This document shows positions 1 to 9,445 of a stretch of 64,000 nt of DNA, piece after piece. Both the position numbers and the translations under genes were made by a program. The DNA comes from Candidatus Angelobacter sp. GTDB lineage: Bacteria; Verrucomicrobiota; Verrucomicrobiia; Limisphaerales; DASXHY01. The notes under the pieces are model-generated. The model ran no database searches, had not been told where the DNA came from, and saw only the letters and a program-made list of their open reading frames with translations. Each line of letters starts with the position of its first letter. Within the stretch, counting starts at the first letter, position 1. Location of the stretch: assembly GCA_035606845.1 (NCBI GenBank), contig DATNEA010000047.1:36933-100932 (forward strand). Direction: 5' to 3'.

Positions 1-2
1 AT

Positions 3-1253
3 CATGGCCCCGTGCGCGTGGCCCATACGTACCATTTCGATTACGCGGACGGCACACCTTACCGGGAACTCGGCACGACCTGCTACGTTTGGGAATGGCA
101 GCCGGAAGCGCTCCAGGAGGAGACGTTGAAGACCCTCGCATCATCGCCCTTCAACAAAATTCGCTTTTGCGTCTTCCCCAAGCACTACCAGTGGAACACC
201 AACGAGCCGATTCTCTATCCATTCGAAGGAGAGCCGCTGACACATTGGGATTTCACTCATTTCAACGTCAAATATTTCCAGCACCTCGACCAGAGCGTGC
301 TCGCACTACAGAAGCTTGGTATCCAGGCCGATGTCATTTTGTTCCATCCCTATGATGGAGGGCATTGGGGCTTCGATCGAATGCCGTCGGAAGTCGACGA
401 CCGGTATTTGCATTACGTGGTCGCGCGGCTCTCGGCCTATCGCAACGTCTGGTGGTCGCTCGCGAATGAATGGGATTTCATGAAGGAAAAAAAGGAATCG
501 GATTTTGTGCGCTTCGGCGAAATCATTTCGCACGACGACCCGTATCATCATCTGCTCTCGATTCATAACGGCTCCAAAATCTTCAATGACACGCTGCCAT
601 TTATTACGCACGCGAGCATCCAGAATGGTTCTGCCGTGGAAGATCCCGGTCGCGCGGAGCTGTATCGCGACGTTTACCGCAAGCCCGTCGTTTATGACGA
701 AGTGAAATACGAGGGGAATATCGACAGCCGCTGGGGCCAGCTTTCGCCGCAGGAAATGGTCTTCCGGTTTTGGAACGCCACTGTCGCGGGCACGTATTGC
801 GGCCATGGCGAAACTTACAAAAGCGATGACCAAGTTCTCTGGTGGTCCAAAGGCGGCGTGCTCAAAGGCCAAAGCCCGGCGCGGCTCGCGTTTCTGAAAA
901 AAATCCTCGCCGATTCGCCTCCCGAAGGCATCGATCCCATCGACAAATGGCAGGAACCCGAATACGGCGGCCAGCCCGGAAAATATTATTTGGTCTATCT
1001 CGGCAAACAAACGCCGAAAAGCTGGAAGTTTGAAATTCCCAAACCGCCGCTGGGCAGATTGCAATCCGCCGACGGCATGAAGTTCACCGTGGACGTGCTC
1101 GATACCTGGAACATGACCATCACTCCGGTGGACGGCGTGTTCACACTGAAAAAATTGGAAGGCGGCTATTTCTACGGTGATAAAGACGGGCGCTCCATTG
1201 CGCTGCCCGGAAGGCCCTACATGGCGATCCGGATCAAACGTTTGAACGATTAA
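3..1253 (+). CDS. Clan GH-A TIM-barrel glycosidase-like protein (DUF4038/DUF5605-type); 5' end lies outside the window
   Basis: The frame is open to the window edge (codons 3-11 have no stop). Motifs FCVFPKHY, LFHPYD and WWSLANEWD are present; the last carries the NE acid/base-type signature of clan GH-A. The C-terminal ~90 aa look beta-sandwich-like. The family is recalled from homologues, not searched. Confidence 0.6.
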   Translation, partial: HGPVRVAHTYHFDYADGTPYRELGTTCYVWEWQPEALQEETLKTLASSPFNKIRFCVFPKHYQWNTNEPILYPFEGEPLTHWDFTHFNVKYFQHLDQSVLALQKLGIQADVILFHPYDGGHWGFDRMPSEVDDRYLHYVVARLSAYRNVWWSLANEWDFMKEKKESDFVRFGEIISHDDPYHHLLSIHNGSKIFNDTLPFITHASIQNGSAVEDPGRAELYRDVYRKPVVYDEVKYEGNIDSRWGQLSPQEMVFRFWNATVAGTYCGHGETYKSDDQVLWWSKGGVLKGQSPARLAFLKKILADSPPEGIDPIDKWQEPEYGGQPGKYYLVYLGKQTPKSWKFEIPKPPLGRLQSADGMKFTVDVLDTWNMTITPVDGVFTLKKLEGGYFYGDKDGRSIALPGRPYMAIRIKRLND

Positions 1254-3929
1254 ATGAAATCATTCAGTCAAAAAATCGTCGTGGCGGCATTGCTCGCCGC
1301 CGGTTGCGTGTTCGCGCGCGCGGAAACTATCTCCATCGTCATCCCGACGAACGCCTCACCACGGGTGCAATTCGGCGCGCAGACGCTGGCCGGCACTCTC
1401 AATGTGGATCATCTCACCGCCGTGGTCACAAAGTCGCCCGATAAATCCACACGAGAAATCCATTTGGAAACGCCGCATGACAATTCCATCAAGCGCGAAG
1501 GTTTCCGTTTTGATCTGATGGGCAACAACGACGTCGTCATTACGTCGAGCGATGATTCCGGAACGCTTTATGGCTGTTTGGAATTGGCAAAACGGATTCG
1601 TGAATCTGGACAATACCCGCCCGCTGGAATCGCCAATTTTCAAGATGCTCCCGCCCTGACTCTCCGCGGCACGTGCGTTGGCATGCAAAAGACGTTCATT
1701 TTGCCCGGAAGAAAAGTTTACGAGTATCCCTACACGCCGGAATTGTTCCCCTGGTTCTACGACAAAAAACTTTGGACGGAGTATCTCGATTTTCTCGTGG
1801 AGAACCGCATGAACACGCTCTATCTCTGGAGCGGCCATCCGTTCGCTTCGCTCGTACGGCTCAAGGTATACCCCTACGCAGTCGAAGTGCCGGGCGACGT
1901 TTTCGCAAAAAACCAGGAACAATTCCGCTGGCTCGCGCAGGAATGCGACAAGCGCGGCATCTGGCTCGTGCAGATGTTCTACAACATTCTCGTTTCGAAA
2001 CCGTTCGCCGAAAAGAATCACATTTCGACGCAACTTTCCGCGCCGACGCCGCTCGTGGCCGATTATACGCGCAAATCCATCGCCGAATTCGTGAAGCAAT
2101 ATCCGAATGTCGGTCTCATGGTGTGCCTCGGCGAAGCGCTGCGTGGCACGAGCAATCAAGTCGCATGGGCGACACAGACAATTTTGCCCGGTGTAAAGGA
2201 CGGCATGAAAGCCGCGGGTTTGACAGAACAACCTCCCGTGGTCATCCGCACGCACGCGATGGATCCCTACGCGATCATGCCCGCTTGTTTCCAGGTCTAC
2301 TCCAATCTGTTCACGATCACGAAGTACAACGGCGAATCGCTGACCACCTGGAAGCCGCGCGGAAAAGACCAGGCCACGCATCTCGCCATGAGCAAGCTTG
2401 GGCCGCACCTCGTAAACATTCACATCCTTTCGAATCTCGAACCCTTCCGTTACGGCGACACGGAGTTCATCAAAAAGTCCGTGCAAGCGTCACGAGATCG
2501 GCTCGGCGCGAGCGGAGTCCATGTCTACCCCCTTTCTTATTGGAACTGGCCTTATTCGCCGGACATTGCCAATCCTCCGTTGCTGCAATGGCAGCGCGAC
2601 TGGATCTGGTTCGAAGCCTGGGCGCGATACTCGTGGAATCCGGACATTCCCGAACAACAGGATCACGCGTTTTGGATTTCGCAACTGGCCGATTATTACG
2701 GCAACACCAACGCCGCTGAGAAAATTCTTGAGGTCTACAATAATGCCGGCGAAGTTGCGCCGCGATTGGTTCGCCGCTTTGGCATCACGGAAGGCAATCG
2801 CCAGACCTTGTCGCTTGGCATGACTTTGGACCAGCTCGTGAACCCCCATAAATACGGGGCCATTGAGGACCTTTGGCTGTCGCAAGCGCCTCCCGGCGAG
2901 CGGCTGGATGAATACGTGAAAAAAGAATGGAACCACGAGCCGCACGTTGGCGAAACGCCGGAGAGCATCATCGCGGACGTGTTGACCTATTCGAGCAATG
3001 CCGTGGCCGCGGCGGATGCGGCGGAAACGCTCGTCACGAAAAACCGCGACGAGTTCGAGCGTTTGCGCAACGACGCTCGCTGCATTCAGGCGATGGCGTG
3101 GAATTACACCCACAAGGTGCGCGCCGCCGAATTGGTTTTGCGCTACGATTACAGCCACAACCTCCGCGACATGGAACAAGCCGGCAAACTCCTCGCCGAT
3201 AGCTTCACGGATTTCCAGCATCTGGACAATCTGACCAAAGCGACTTACCACTACGCGAACTCCATGCAAACCTCCCAACGGAAAATTCCGGTGAGCGGCG
3301 GCATGGGTGGCAAGCCGGCCTATTATCTCTGGTCGCAGATGGTGCCGCTTTATCAGCGCGAACTGGCGGATTTTCAAAGGAAGGTCGCCGATCTTCAAAT
3401 GAATAAGACCAACGTTGTCGACGAATTGAGCATCAAACCGTGGCCGGCAGCTCCGTTCAAATTGATTTCGATGAATGCGGAAACCTACAAAGTCGAAGTT
3501 GGCGCCAAAGTTTTCACCGATCGCAATTTTTCGATTCAAAGTCTCGCGCCGGAATTGAACGGTCTTACGGGAATTCGCATCTCACATGAGGCCGCCAAGA
3601 AAGGCCGTTATAAACCAATCGAATTTGAAGCTTCCGAACCGGTGGATGTGCTCGTGGGCTATTTCAAAAGCGACGAAAAAGTGTGGCTGCAGGTGCCGAA
3701 ACTGGAATTCGCCGCGCAGGCCGACGAGCGCGGCGGCATCGATACCGTGATTGAAAATGCGGCCACGATTTCCCAATGCCCCGCTCTGGATATCCACGCC
3801 TTTCGTTTCGACGCGGGCCGGCAAACGTTGGACCTCATCGGCAAAGGCAGTTTTGTCGTGCTCGGCATCGTGCCGCAATCAACCACCCTGACCCCGCGCG
3901 ATGCGCATCGCGGGAAAGGCGCGCCATGA
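1254..3929 (+). CDS. Secreted putative glycoside hydrolase, family unassigned (GH20/GH67/GH115-like N-terminal domain followed by a TIM-barrel-like core)
   Basis: The ATG directly follows the upstream TAA. Signal peptide MKSFSQKIVVAALLAAGCVFARA. The N-terminal segment ...DSGTLYGCLELAKRIRESG resembles the N-domain of alpha-glucuronidase/hexosaminidase-type enzymes. Its stop overlaps the next gene's start (ATGA). Confidence 0.45.
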   Translation: MKSFSQKIVVAALLAAGCVFARAETISIVIPTNASPRVQFGAQTLAGTLNVDHLTAVVTKSPDKSTREIHLETPHDNSIKREGFRFDLMGNNDVVITSSDDSGTLYGCLELAKRIRESGQYPPAGIANFQDAPALTLRGTCVGMQKTFILPGRKVYEYPYTPELFPWFYDKKLWTEYLDFLVENRMNTLYLWSGHPFASLVRLKVYPYAVEVPGDVFAKNQEQFRWLAQECDKRGIWLVQMFYNILVSKPFAEKNHISTQLSAPTPLVADYTRKSIAEFVKQYPNVGLMVCLGEALRGTSNQVAWATQTILPGVKDGMKAAGLTEQPPVVIRTHAMDPYAIMPACFQVYSNLFTITKYNGESLTTWKPRGKDQATHLAMSKLGPHLVNIHILSNLEPFRYGDTEFIKKSVQASRDRLGASGVHVYPLSYWNWPYSPDIANPPLLQWQRDWIWFEAWARYSWNPDIPEQQDHAFWISQLADYYGNTNAAEKILEVYNNAGEVAPRLVRRFGITEGNRQTLSLGMTLDQLVNPHKYGAIEDLWLSQAPPGERLDEYVKKEWNHEPHVGETPESIIADVLTYSSNAVAAADAAETLVTKNRDEFERLRNDARCIQAMAWNYTHKVRAAELVLRYDYSHNLRDMEQAGKLLADSFTDFQHLDNLTKATYHYANSMQTSQRKIPVSGGMGGKPAYYLWSQMVPLYQRELADFQRKVADLQMNKTNVVDELSIKPWPAAPFKLISMNAETYKVEVGAKVFTDRNFSIQSLAPELNGLTGIRISHEAAKKGRYKPIEFEASEPVDVLVGYFKSDEKVWLQVPKLEFAAQADERGGIDTVIENAATISQCPALDIHAFRFDAGRQTLDLIGKGSFVVLGIVPQSTTLTPRDAHRGKGAP

Positions 3930-5968
3930 AGCGCCGATTCCGGATCGCTGCCAAAATCTCGCTCTGTCTGGTCGCCGCCGGAATTTCATTTTCTCTCGTG
4001 GCGAAAGATGCGGGCCTTACGGACACCACTTCCAGCGCCTTTGCACAAATTCGTCCCGTTGGCCTCGATGAAGCCCATTGGACCACGGGATTCTGGGCGG
4101 ACCGCTTCGATTTGTGCCGCACGCAAATGGTCCCCAGCATGGCGCGCCTGATGGAAGGCACCAACTACTCGCAGTTCTTCTACAATTTCAAAATCACCGC
4201 CGGCCTCGCCAAAGGAAAATTCCACGGGGCCTCTTTTAACGACGGCGATTTTTACAAATTCCTCGAAGGCGCCAGCGCCACTCTCGCCGCGACCAACGAT
4301 GCGCCCTTGCGACAAGAGCTCGATGACATCATCGCCGTCATTGCCAAAGCACAGGAGACGAATGGATATATTGATACCTGGGTGCAGCTTCATCGGCGTG
4401 AGGGTGACACCGGCGCCGTGCCGTTCCGAAATCCGGATCATTTCGAAATGTATAATTTGGGCCATCTCATGACGGCAGCATGCGTGCATTATCGAGCCAC
4501 TGGTGAGACAAATTTTCTAACCATTGCATGCAAAGCGGCGGACTTTTTGTGCGACGCCTTCCAGAAACCCACGCCCGCGCTCGCCAACAATCTTGTGTGC
4601 CCATCGCATTACATGGGCATCGTGGAGTTGTACCGCGCCACGCATGAGCCGCGTTATCTGGAACTCGCAAAAAAACTTTTCTCGATGCGCGATCTCGTTA
4701 AGGACGGCGGCGACGATAACCAGGACCGCATCCCCTTCGCGCAACAAAACGAAGCCGAGGGCCACGCTGTCCGCGCCAATTATCTTTACGCCGGCGCGGC
4801 CGATTTGTTTTTGGAAACCGGCGACACCAATCTCTGGCGGCCGCTGACCGAAATCTGGACGAATGTCGTCACGAAAAAAATGTATATCACCGGCGGCTGT
4901 GGTGCGTTGTATGATGGCGCGTCGCCGGACGGCTCGCGCGATCAACGGCACATCACCCGCGTGCACCAAGCCTACGGGCGCAACTTTCAGTTGCCGAACA
5001 CGACGGCCTACAGCGAGACCTGCGCGAACATCGGCAACGTGTTGTGGAACTGGCGCATGTTTCTGGCCACGGGCAACGCGCAGTTCATGGATGTCGTCGA
5101 ACTCGCGCTTTACAACAGTGTCCTCGCCGGCGGCGCGCTCGACGGCACGAATTTCTTTTACACGAACCCGCTGCGCGTCACCGATCCGATGCCGACAGAC
5201 CTGCGTTGGTCGCGGGAACGCATTCCCTTCGTGAGTTCATTCTGCTGCCCACCCAACCTCCTGCGGACCATCGCCGAATCCGCCGATTACGCTTATGGAA
5301 AATCCGGCGATTCCATTTGGGTGAATCTTTACGGCGCCAGCTCGCTGGAAACCAAATTGCCGGACGGCGGTGAGGTCAGGCTCGTCCAGGAAACCGATTA
5401 TCCCTGGAATGGCCGCGTGCGAATCAAGATCGAAAAGTGTGGAACGAAGGAATTTGTTCTGAAGCTCCGGATTCCCGGCTGGGCCGACAGCGCCAGCATC
5501 CGTATCAATGACGCGCCCGCCGACGATTCCCCGCGTCCGGGCAGTTACTTCGAAATTCGCCGCCGCTGGCAGCCCGGAGATTTCGTTGACCTCGATTTGC
5601 CCATGCCGGTGCAGCTGATGGAAGCGAACCCACTCGTCGAAGATGATCTGAATCAAATCGCGATACAGCGCGGCCCAATCGTGTATTGCCTGGAATCGCC
5701 GGACCTGCCGCCGGGCGTCAAAATTTCCGAAGTGCGCATTCCGGCGGACATTCACCTGACGACACGTTACGACCGTCGGTTGCTCGACGGAGTTGTTGTC
5801 CTTGAAGGCAGGGCGCTCACTCAACCGCTAGGGGATTGGGATGAAAAACTGTATCGCGAATGGCATCCTGCTGAAATGAAACCGTTCAACGCCAAATTCA
5901 TCCCTTATTCCGTCTGGCAAAATCGCGGACGCTCGGAAATGTCCGTCTGGCTGCCACGAGTCGATTGA
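3926..5968 (+). CDS. GH127-family beta-L-arabinofuranosidase-like protein (DUF1680)
   Basis: Start chosen at ATG 3926 (ATGA overlap with the upstream stop; signal-like MKRRFRIAAKISLCLVAAG). The track ORF from 3776 is an upstream extension. Motifs GHAVRANYLY, YSETCANIGN and FCCPPN include the Cys-rich signature of GH127. Confidence 0.85.
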   Translation: MKRRFRIAAKISLCLVAAGISFSLVAKDAGLTDTTSSAFAQIRPVGLDEAHWTTGFWADRFDLCRTQMVPSMARLMEGTNYSQFFYNFKITAGLAKGKFHGASFNDGDFYKFLEGASATLAATNDAPLRQELDDIIAVIAKAQETNGYIDTWVQLHRREGDTGAVPFRNPDHFEMYNLGHLMTAACVHYRATGETNFLTIACKAADFLCDAFQKPTPALANNLVCPSHYMGIVELYRATHEPRYLELAKKLFSMRDLVKDGGDDNQDRIPFAQQNEAEGHAVRANYLYAGAADLFLETGDTNLWRPLTEIWTNVVTKKMYITGGCGALYDGASPDGSRDQRHITRVHQAYGRNFQLPNTTAYSETCANIGNVLWNWRMFLATGNAQFMDVVELALYNSVLAGGALDGTNFFYTNPLRVTDPMPTDLRWSRERIPFVSSFCCPPNLLRTIAESADYAYGKSGDSIWVNLYGASSLETKLPDGGEVRLVQETDYPWNGRVRIKIEKCGTKEFVLKLRIPGWADSASIRINDAPADDSPRPGSYFEIRRRWQPGDFVDLDLPMPVQLMEANPLVEDDLNQIAIQRGPIVYCLESPDLPPGVKISEVRIPADIHLTTRYDRRLLDGVVVLEGRALTQPLGDWDEKLYREWHPAEMKPFNAKFIPYSVWQNRGRSEMSVWLPRVD

Positions 5969-6053
5969 ATGTTGATGCATTGGCAGTTTTCGAAAAACGT
6001 TTGTCAGTTTTATAATCGGCAAAAACCGTGAAACTGCTACATTCTGTGGACTC

Positions 6054-7046
6054 ATGCGTCGCCCTTTCGCAACACTTCGATTGAACCCGCTCAAGGTGCT
6101 CATTCTGAGTTTCGCCGCAGCACTACTTTTCTCAGGTTCCACGAGTCCAGCCGCCGCCGCGACAACGGACGATTCGGTTTACCTGTTCACCTCCTTCAGG
6201 AACGCGGACCAGAAATACCTCCGGTTTCTTTACAGCGATGACGGCTATCATTGGACGAACGTCCCGGGAACGTTTCTCGAGGCCAACGTCGGCGCCGCGA
6301 AACAGCTTCGCGACCCCAGCATCGCGCGCGGGCCCGATGGCGTGTTTCACCTCGTTTGGACCGCCGGCTGGCACGATGGCAAAGGTTTCGGTTATGCCAG
6401 TTCCACGGATCTCATCCACTGGTCCGACCAGAAATTTGTCGAAGTAATGACCAACGAACCGACGACCGTCAACGTCTGGGCGCCGGAAGTTTTTTACGAT
6501 TCCAAAGGCAAACAATTCATCATCGTCTGGGCCTCGACCATTCCCGGCCGCTTTCCCGATTTATTGGAGACTCACACCAACAATCATCGGCTCTATTTCA
6601 CGACCACCACCAATTTCAAAACGTTTGCGCCCACAAAATTATTCTTGGATCCGGGCTTCAGCGTGATTGACGCCTTCATTCTCCAGGACGGCGAACGTTA
6701 CGTTCTGGTCTGCAAGGATAATTCGCGGCCGGATTTGAACCTGCGCGTGGCCTTTTCGCAATCGCCAACCGGACCGTGGAAAAACGCGTCCAAACCGTTT
6801 ACCCGCAAATTCACCGAAGGCCCATGCGCCCTGAAAATCGGCGAGGACTGGATTATCTATTTTGATCCGTACCGTGAGAAACGCTACGGCGCAACGAAGA
6901 CCCGCGATTTCAAAGCCTTCACCGATATCACAGCAGAAATGTCCTTTCCCGAAGGCCATAAACACGGAACAGCGTTCCGCGTGCCGCGGAAAATTCTGGA
7001 CGGACTGCTGAAAAGCCACGCCGCAATTTCCCAAACAAATCCATGA
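6054..7046 (+). CDS. GH43-like five-bladed beta-propeller glycoside hydrolase
   Basis: Signal peptide present. Motifs LRDPSIARGPDG, WAPEVFYD and a repeated blade pattern are present. Stop overlaps the next start (ATGA at 7043-7046). Confidence 0.7.
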   Translation: MRRPFATLRLNPLKVLILSFAAALLFSGSTSPAAAATTDDSVYLFTSFRNADQKYLRFLYSDDGYHWTNVPGTFLEANVGAAKQLRDPSIARGPDGVFHLVWTAGWHDGKGFGYASSTDLIHWSDQKFVEVMTNEPTTVNVWAPEVFYDSKGKQFIIVWASTIPGRFPDLLETHTNNHRLYFTTTTNFKTFAPTKLFLDPGFSVIDAFILQDGERYVLVCKDNSRPDLNLRVAFSQSPTGPWKNASKPFTRKFTEGPCALKIGEDWIIYFDPYREKRYGATKTRDFKAFTDITAEMSFPEGHKHGTAFRVPRKILDGLLKSHAAISQTNP

Positions 7047-7669
7047 GAAAAATAATCATTGTCGCACTCGCGTTCCTCTCAGCCGCAACCTTCGCCGCGG
7101 AAACCAACTCCATGTCCGCGGAAGCCGAGGCAAAATATACGCGAGCCATTGAAGGCCGCACCGCGGCCATCCTGAAAATCCTCGCGCTGAGCGATACCAA
7201 CAAGATCGCGCACGTCCATGACGCCATCATCGCCCAATACCGGGCGCTCAATGCCTGGCACGATGCGAATGATTCGAAACTGAAAGCCGCGCGCGGTGAC
7301 AAAAATGCCACCGCCCAAATCCGCGCCTCTTTGGAAACGTTGCACAAGGATTTTCTGGCCAAGCTCGCGCAGGATCTGACACCAGAACAAGTGGACGAGG
7401 TCAAAGACAAGATGACTTACGGCAAAGTCCAGTTCACCTTTAGAGGTTATATCACGCAATACCCAAACCTGTCCGAGGCGAACAAAGAAAAAATTCTGGA
7501 ACTGCTCAAGGAAGCGCGCGAGCTAGCCATGGACGGCGGGAGCGCTGAGGAGAAAACAGCGGTGTTTCAGAAATACAAGGGCAAGATCAACAATTACCTG
7601 TCCAAGCAAGGCATCCATCCGGAAAAGAAAAAGAAGAAGCCGGAGGAATCTGCTGAGCCTGCCAAATAA
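7043..7669 (+). CDS. DUF3826 domain protein (putative sugar-binding, function unknown)
   Basis: Signal peptide present. Motifs NAWHD, TPEQVDEVKDKMTYGKVQFTF and FQKYKGKINNYLSKQG are typical of DUF3826. The C-terminal tail is Lys-rich. A paralogue lies at 27666..28433. Confidence 0.7.
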   Translation: MRKIIIVALAFLSAATFAAETNSMSAEAEAKYTRAIEGRTAAILKILALSDTNKIAHVHDAIIAQYRALNAWHDANDSKLKAARGDKNATAQIRASLETLHKDFLAKLAQDLTPEQVDEVKDKMTYGKVQFTFRGYITQYPNLSEANKEKILELLKEARELAMDGGSAEEKTAVFQKYKGKINNYLSKQGIHPEKKKKKPEESAEPAK

Positions 7670-7700
7670 CCGGGGCTCCAATCGTCCGGGCTAAATTTCT

Positions 7701-8537
7701 GTGAATCGTACCGGTCATAAACCGATTCTGCGTCACATCGCCAATCTTTGGACGCTCCTGGATCATCCATGGTCGTTGGATGAAAAATTACGTGCGTTCA
7801 AGGACGCCGGTTTTGACGGCGTGTGCTGGGCCGGCAGCCCGGAGCTCCGGGCCGGCTGTCAGAAGCATGGTTTGATTTTTGTCGGCGGGATGGCCTCGGG
7901 AAACGCGACGGATTTTTCACGCTTGTTGCAGGAACAAAAGGACTGTGGCGCAATCCATGTCAACGTGCAACTCGCCTCGGACGACGTGCTCACACCGGAA
8001 GGGTTGGAACTGGCCCTCGCGTTGAACCGGGAAGGCAAACGCGTCGACGTCATTCCGGGCATCGAAACGCATCGCGGCACTTGCACCGAGACACCGGAAA
8101 AACATTACGCGCTTTGCGACGCCTATCAAAAGGCCACCGGCGAGCTTCTGCCGCTTTCGATCGACTTCTCACATTTTGCCGTCGTCAAACATCTCGTACC
8201 GGAAAATTTTGCCAAACGATTGCTCGTCCGGCCCGATTTAATCCAGCACGCGCAGCAATTTCATTTCCGCCCCTTCAACGGCCATCATGCCCAGGTTCCC
8301 GTCACCGACGGCAAAGGAAACCTTACGCGAGAATTCGAAGATTGGCTGCCGTTTGCCGAGGCGCTCCTGCAATGCTGGCTCGACGGCAATCGCGATAAAA
8401 ACCGCGAAATCTTCATTTGCCCCGAACTCGGACCCATCACCGGCGGTTATTGCCTTTCAACCTTTCACGACAGTTGGGAGGACAAAAAACTCCTCCGCCA
8501 GGAAATCGATGCGCTCTGGCGCAAGCTCACCGATTAA
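7701..8537 (+). CDS. Xylose-isomerase-like TIM-barrel protein (sugar phosphate isomerase/epimerase family)
   Basis: GTG start. Size (278 aa) and overall pattern fit the AP-endonuclease-2/xylose-isomerase-like fold. Assignment is weak, from general resemblance only. Confidence 0.45.
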   Translation: MNRTGHKPILRHIANLWTLLDHPWSLDEKLRAFKDAGFDGVCWAGSPELRAGCQKHGLIFVGGMASGNATDFSRLLQEQKDCGAIHVNVQLASDDVLTPEGLELALALNREGKRVDVIPGIETHRGTCTETPEKHYALCDAYQKATGELLPLSIDFSHFAVVKHLVPENFAKRLLVRPDLIQHAQQFHFRPFNGHHAQVPVTDGKGNLTREFEDWLPFAEALLQCWLDGNRDKNREIFICPELGPITGGYCLSTFHDSWEDKKLLRQEIDALWRKLTD

Positions 8538-9373
8538 ATTATGGCCGCAGCGTTTTGTCGATGCGGCGATTGACGGCGGTATTCTCCCGGCGAACAACCC
8601 AGCACGCGTTTGAACACGCGATGAAATTGCGGGTAACTCCCAAAACCAGCCTCCAGCGCCGCTTCGAGCATCGTGGTCCGCTGACCGGCGCCGTAGATGG
8701 CGAGAAACTGTTCGATGCGTTGCCGGTTTCGGAAATCCACCAGCGCGATTCCCGTTTGCCGCTTGAACAATCGACTCAATCGCGCCGGGCTTAATCCTGC
8801 GTGCCGCGCCAGTTCCGCCAAACTCAGCGTGTTGTTTTTGTCACGAATATAGCGCGCAGCCCTATCGACCGCCGGATGCACATCGTGAACGGGCACATCG
8901 GCGGCGCTTTCGAAACTTTGCCAGGCCGCCAGCAAAGCATAGCCCAAGCCGGCATTAAAAAAACCAGACTGTTTTCGCGTGGCGGCAATTTCCGCCAGCA
9001 ACGTTTCCAGCCGCGCAAAAACAGGCTGCGGAAGACGTCGGCAATACTCACCCGCCGGATTCGCCTCGCGCAAAACTTTGGCAGCCACGTCCGTGGCCAA
9101 CCGCCGGACGGCCCTCGGCTTCGCGATGCCAATCCACATTTCGAAATCGGGCGATTGCTCAATCAAGACGTGTTCCTGCGCGGGAAACAACCAGAGCAAA
9201 TCGCCCCGGCGAATTTGATATTTGCGATTGGCGAGCAGGTAAAGCCCGCGGCCCTGCGTCACCAGATTGAACTCCAGTTCCGCGTGATGATGCATTGCGT
9301 TCGCCCGGCCGTGATGGCGGTAATGCCACAGGTTACCATCGAGACCGGCAGGGAGTTCGAGCTTTTGGCGCAT
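8534..9373 (-). CDS. AraC-family transcriptional regulator (cupin sensor + HTH)
   Basis: The C-terminal AraC HTH reads LSLAELARHAGLSPARLSRLFKRQTG ... GFGSYPQFHRVFKRVLGCSPGEYRR. The N-terminal cupin-like region reads HHHAELEFNLVTQGRG. Start set at ATG 9373 (MRQKLELP); the 461-aa track ORF is an implausible upstream extension. Confidence 0.85.
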   Translation of the reverse strand: MRQKLELPAGLDGNLWHYRHHGRANAMHHHAELEFNLVTQGRGLYLLANRKYQIRRGDLLWLFPAQEHVLIEQSPDFEMWIGIAKPRAVRRLATDVAAKVLREANPAGEYCRRLPQPVFARLETLLAEIAATRKQSGFFNAGLGYALLAAWQSFESAADVPVHDVHPAVDRAARYIRDKNNTLSLAELARHAGLSPARLSRLFKRQTGIALVDFRNRQRIEQFLAIYGAGQRTTMLEAALEAGFGSYPQFHRVFKRVLGCSPGEYRRQSPHRQNAAAII

Positions 9374-9445
9374 GACGACAAAAAATGATAACAAGTCGGC
9401 GGCAAAATGAGAAGATTCATCTGCGGAATTTGTTACCCTGATGGC

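Noticed and set aside
3776-3925. Upstream 50 codons of the GH127 track ORF, and similar upstream extensions at 14005, 18395, 24927, 29845, 36290, 39712, 40474, 44512 and 55866.
   Set aside because: The extensions overlap upstream genes or repeats and precede obvious signal peptides or domain starts. Internal ATG starts, often with ATGA coupling, give canonical architectures.
8534-8537. Convergent isomerase-like and AraC genes share overlapping stop codons within TTAA, leaving no spacer for a terminator.
   Set aside because: The overlap is real but probably a trivial consequence of compact gene packing. There is nothing further to test from the sequence alone.
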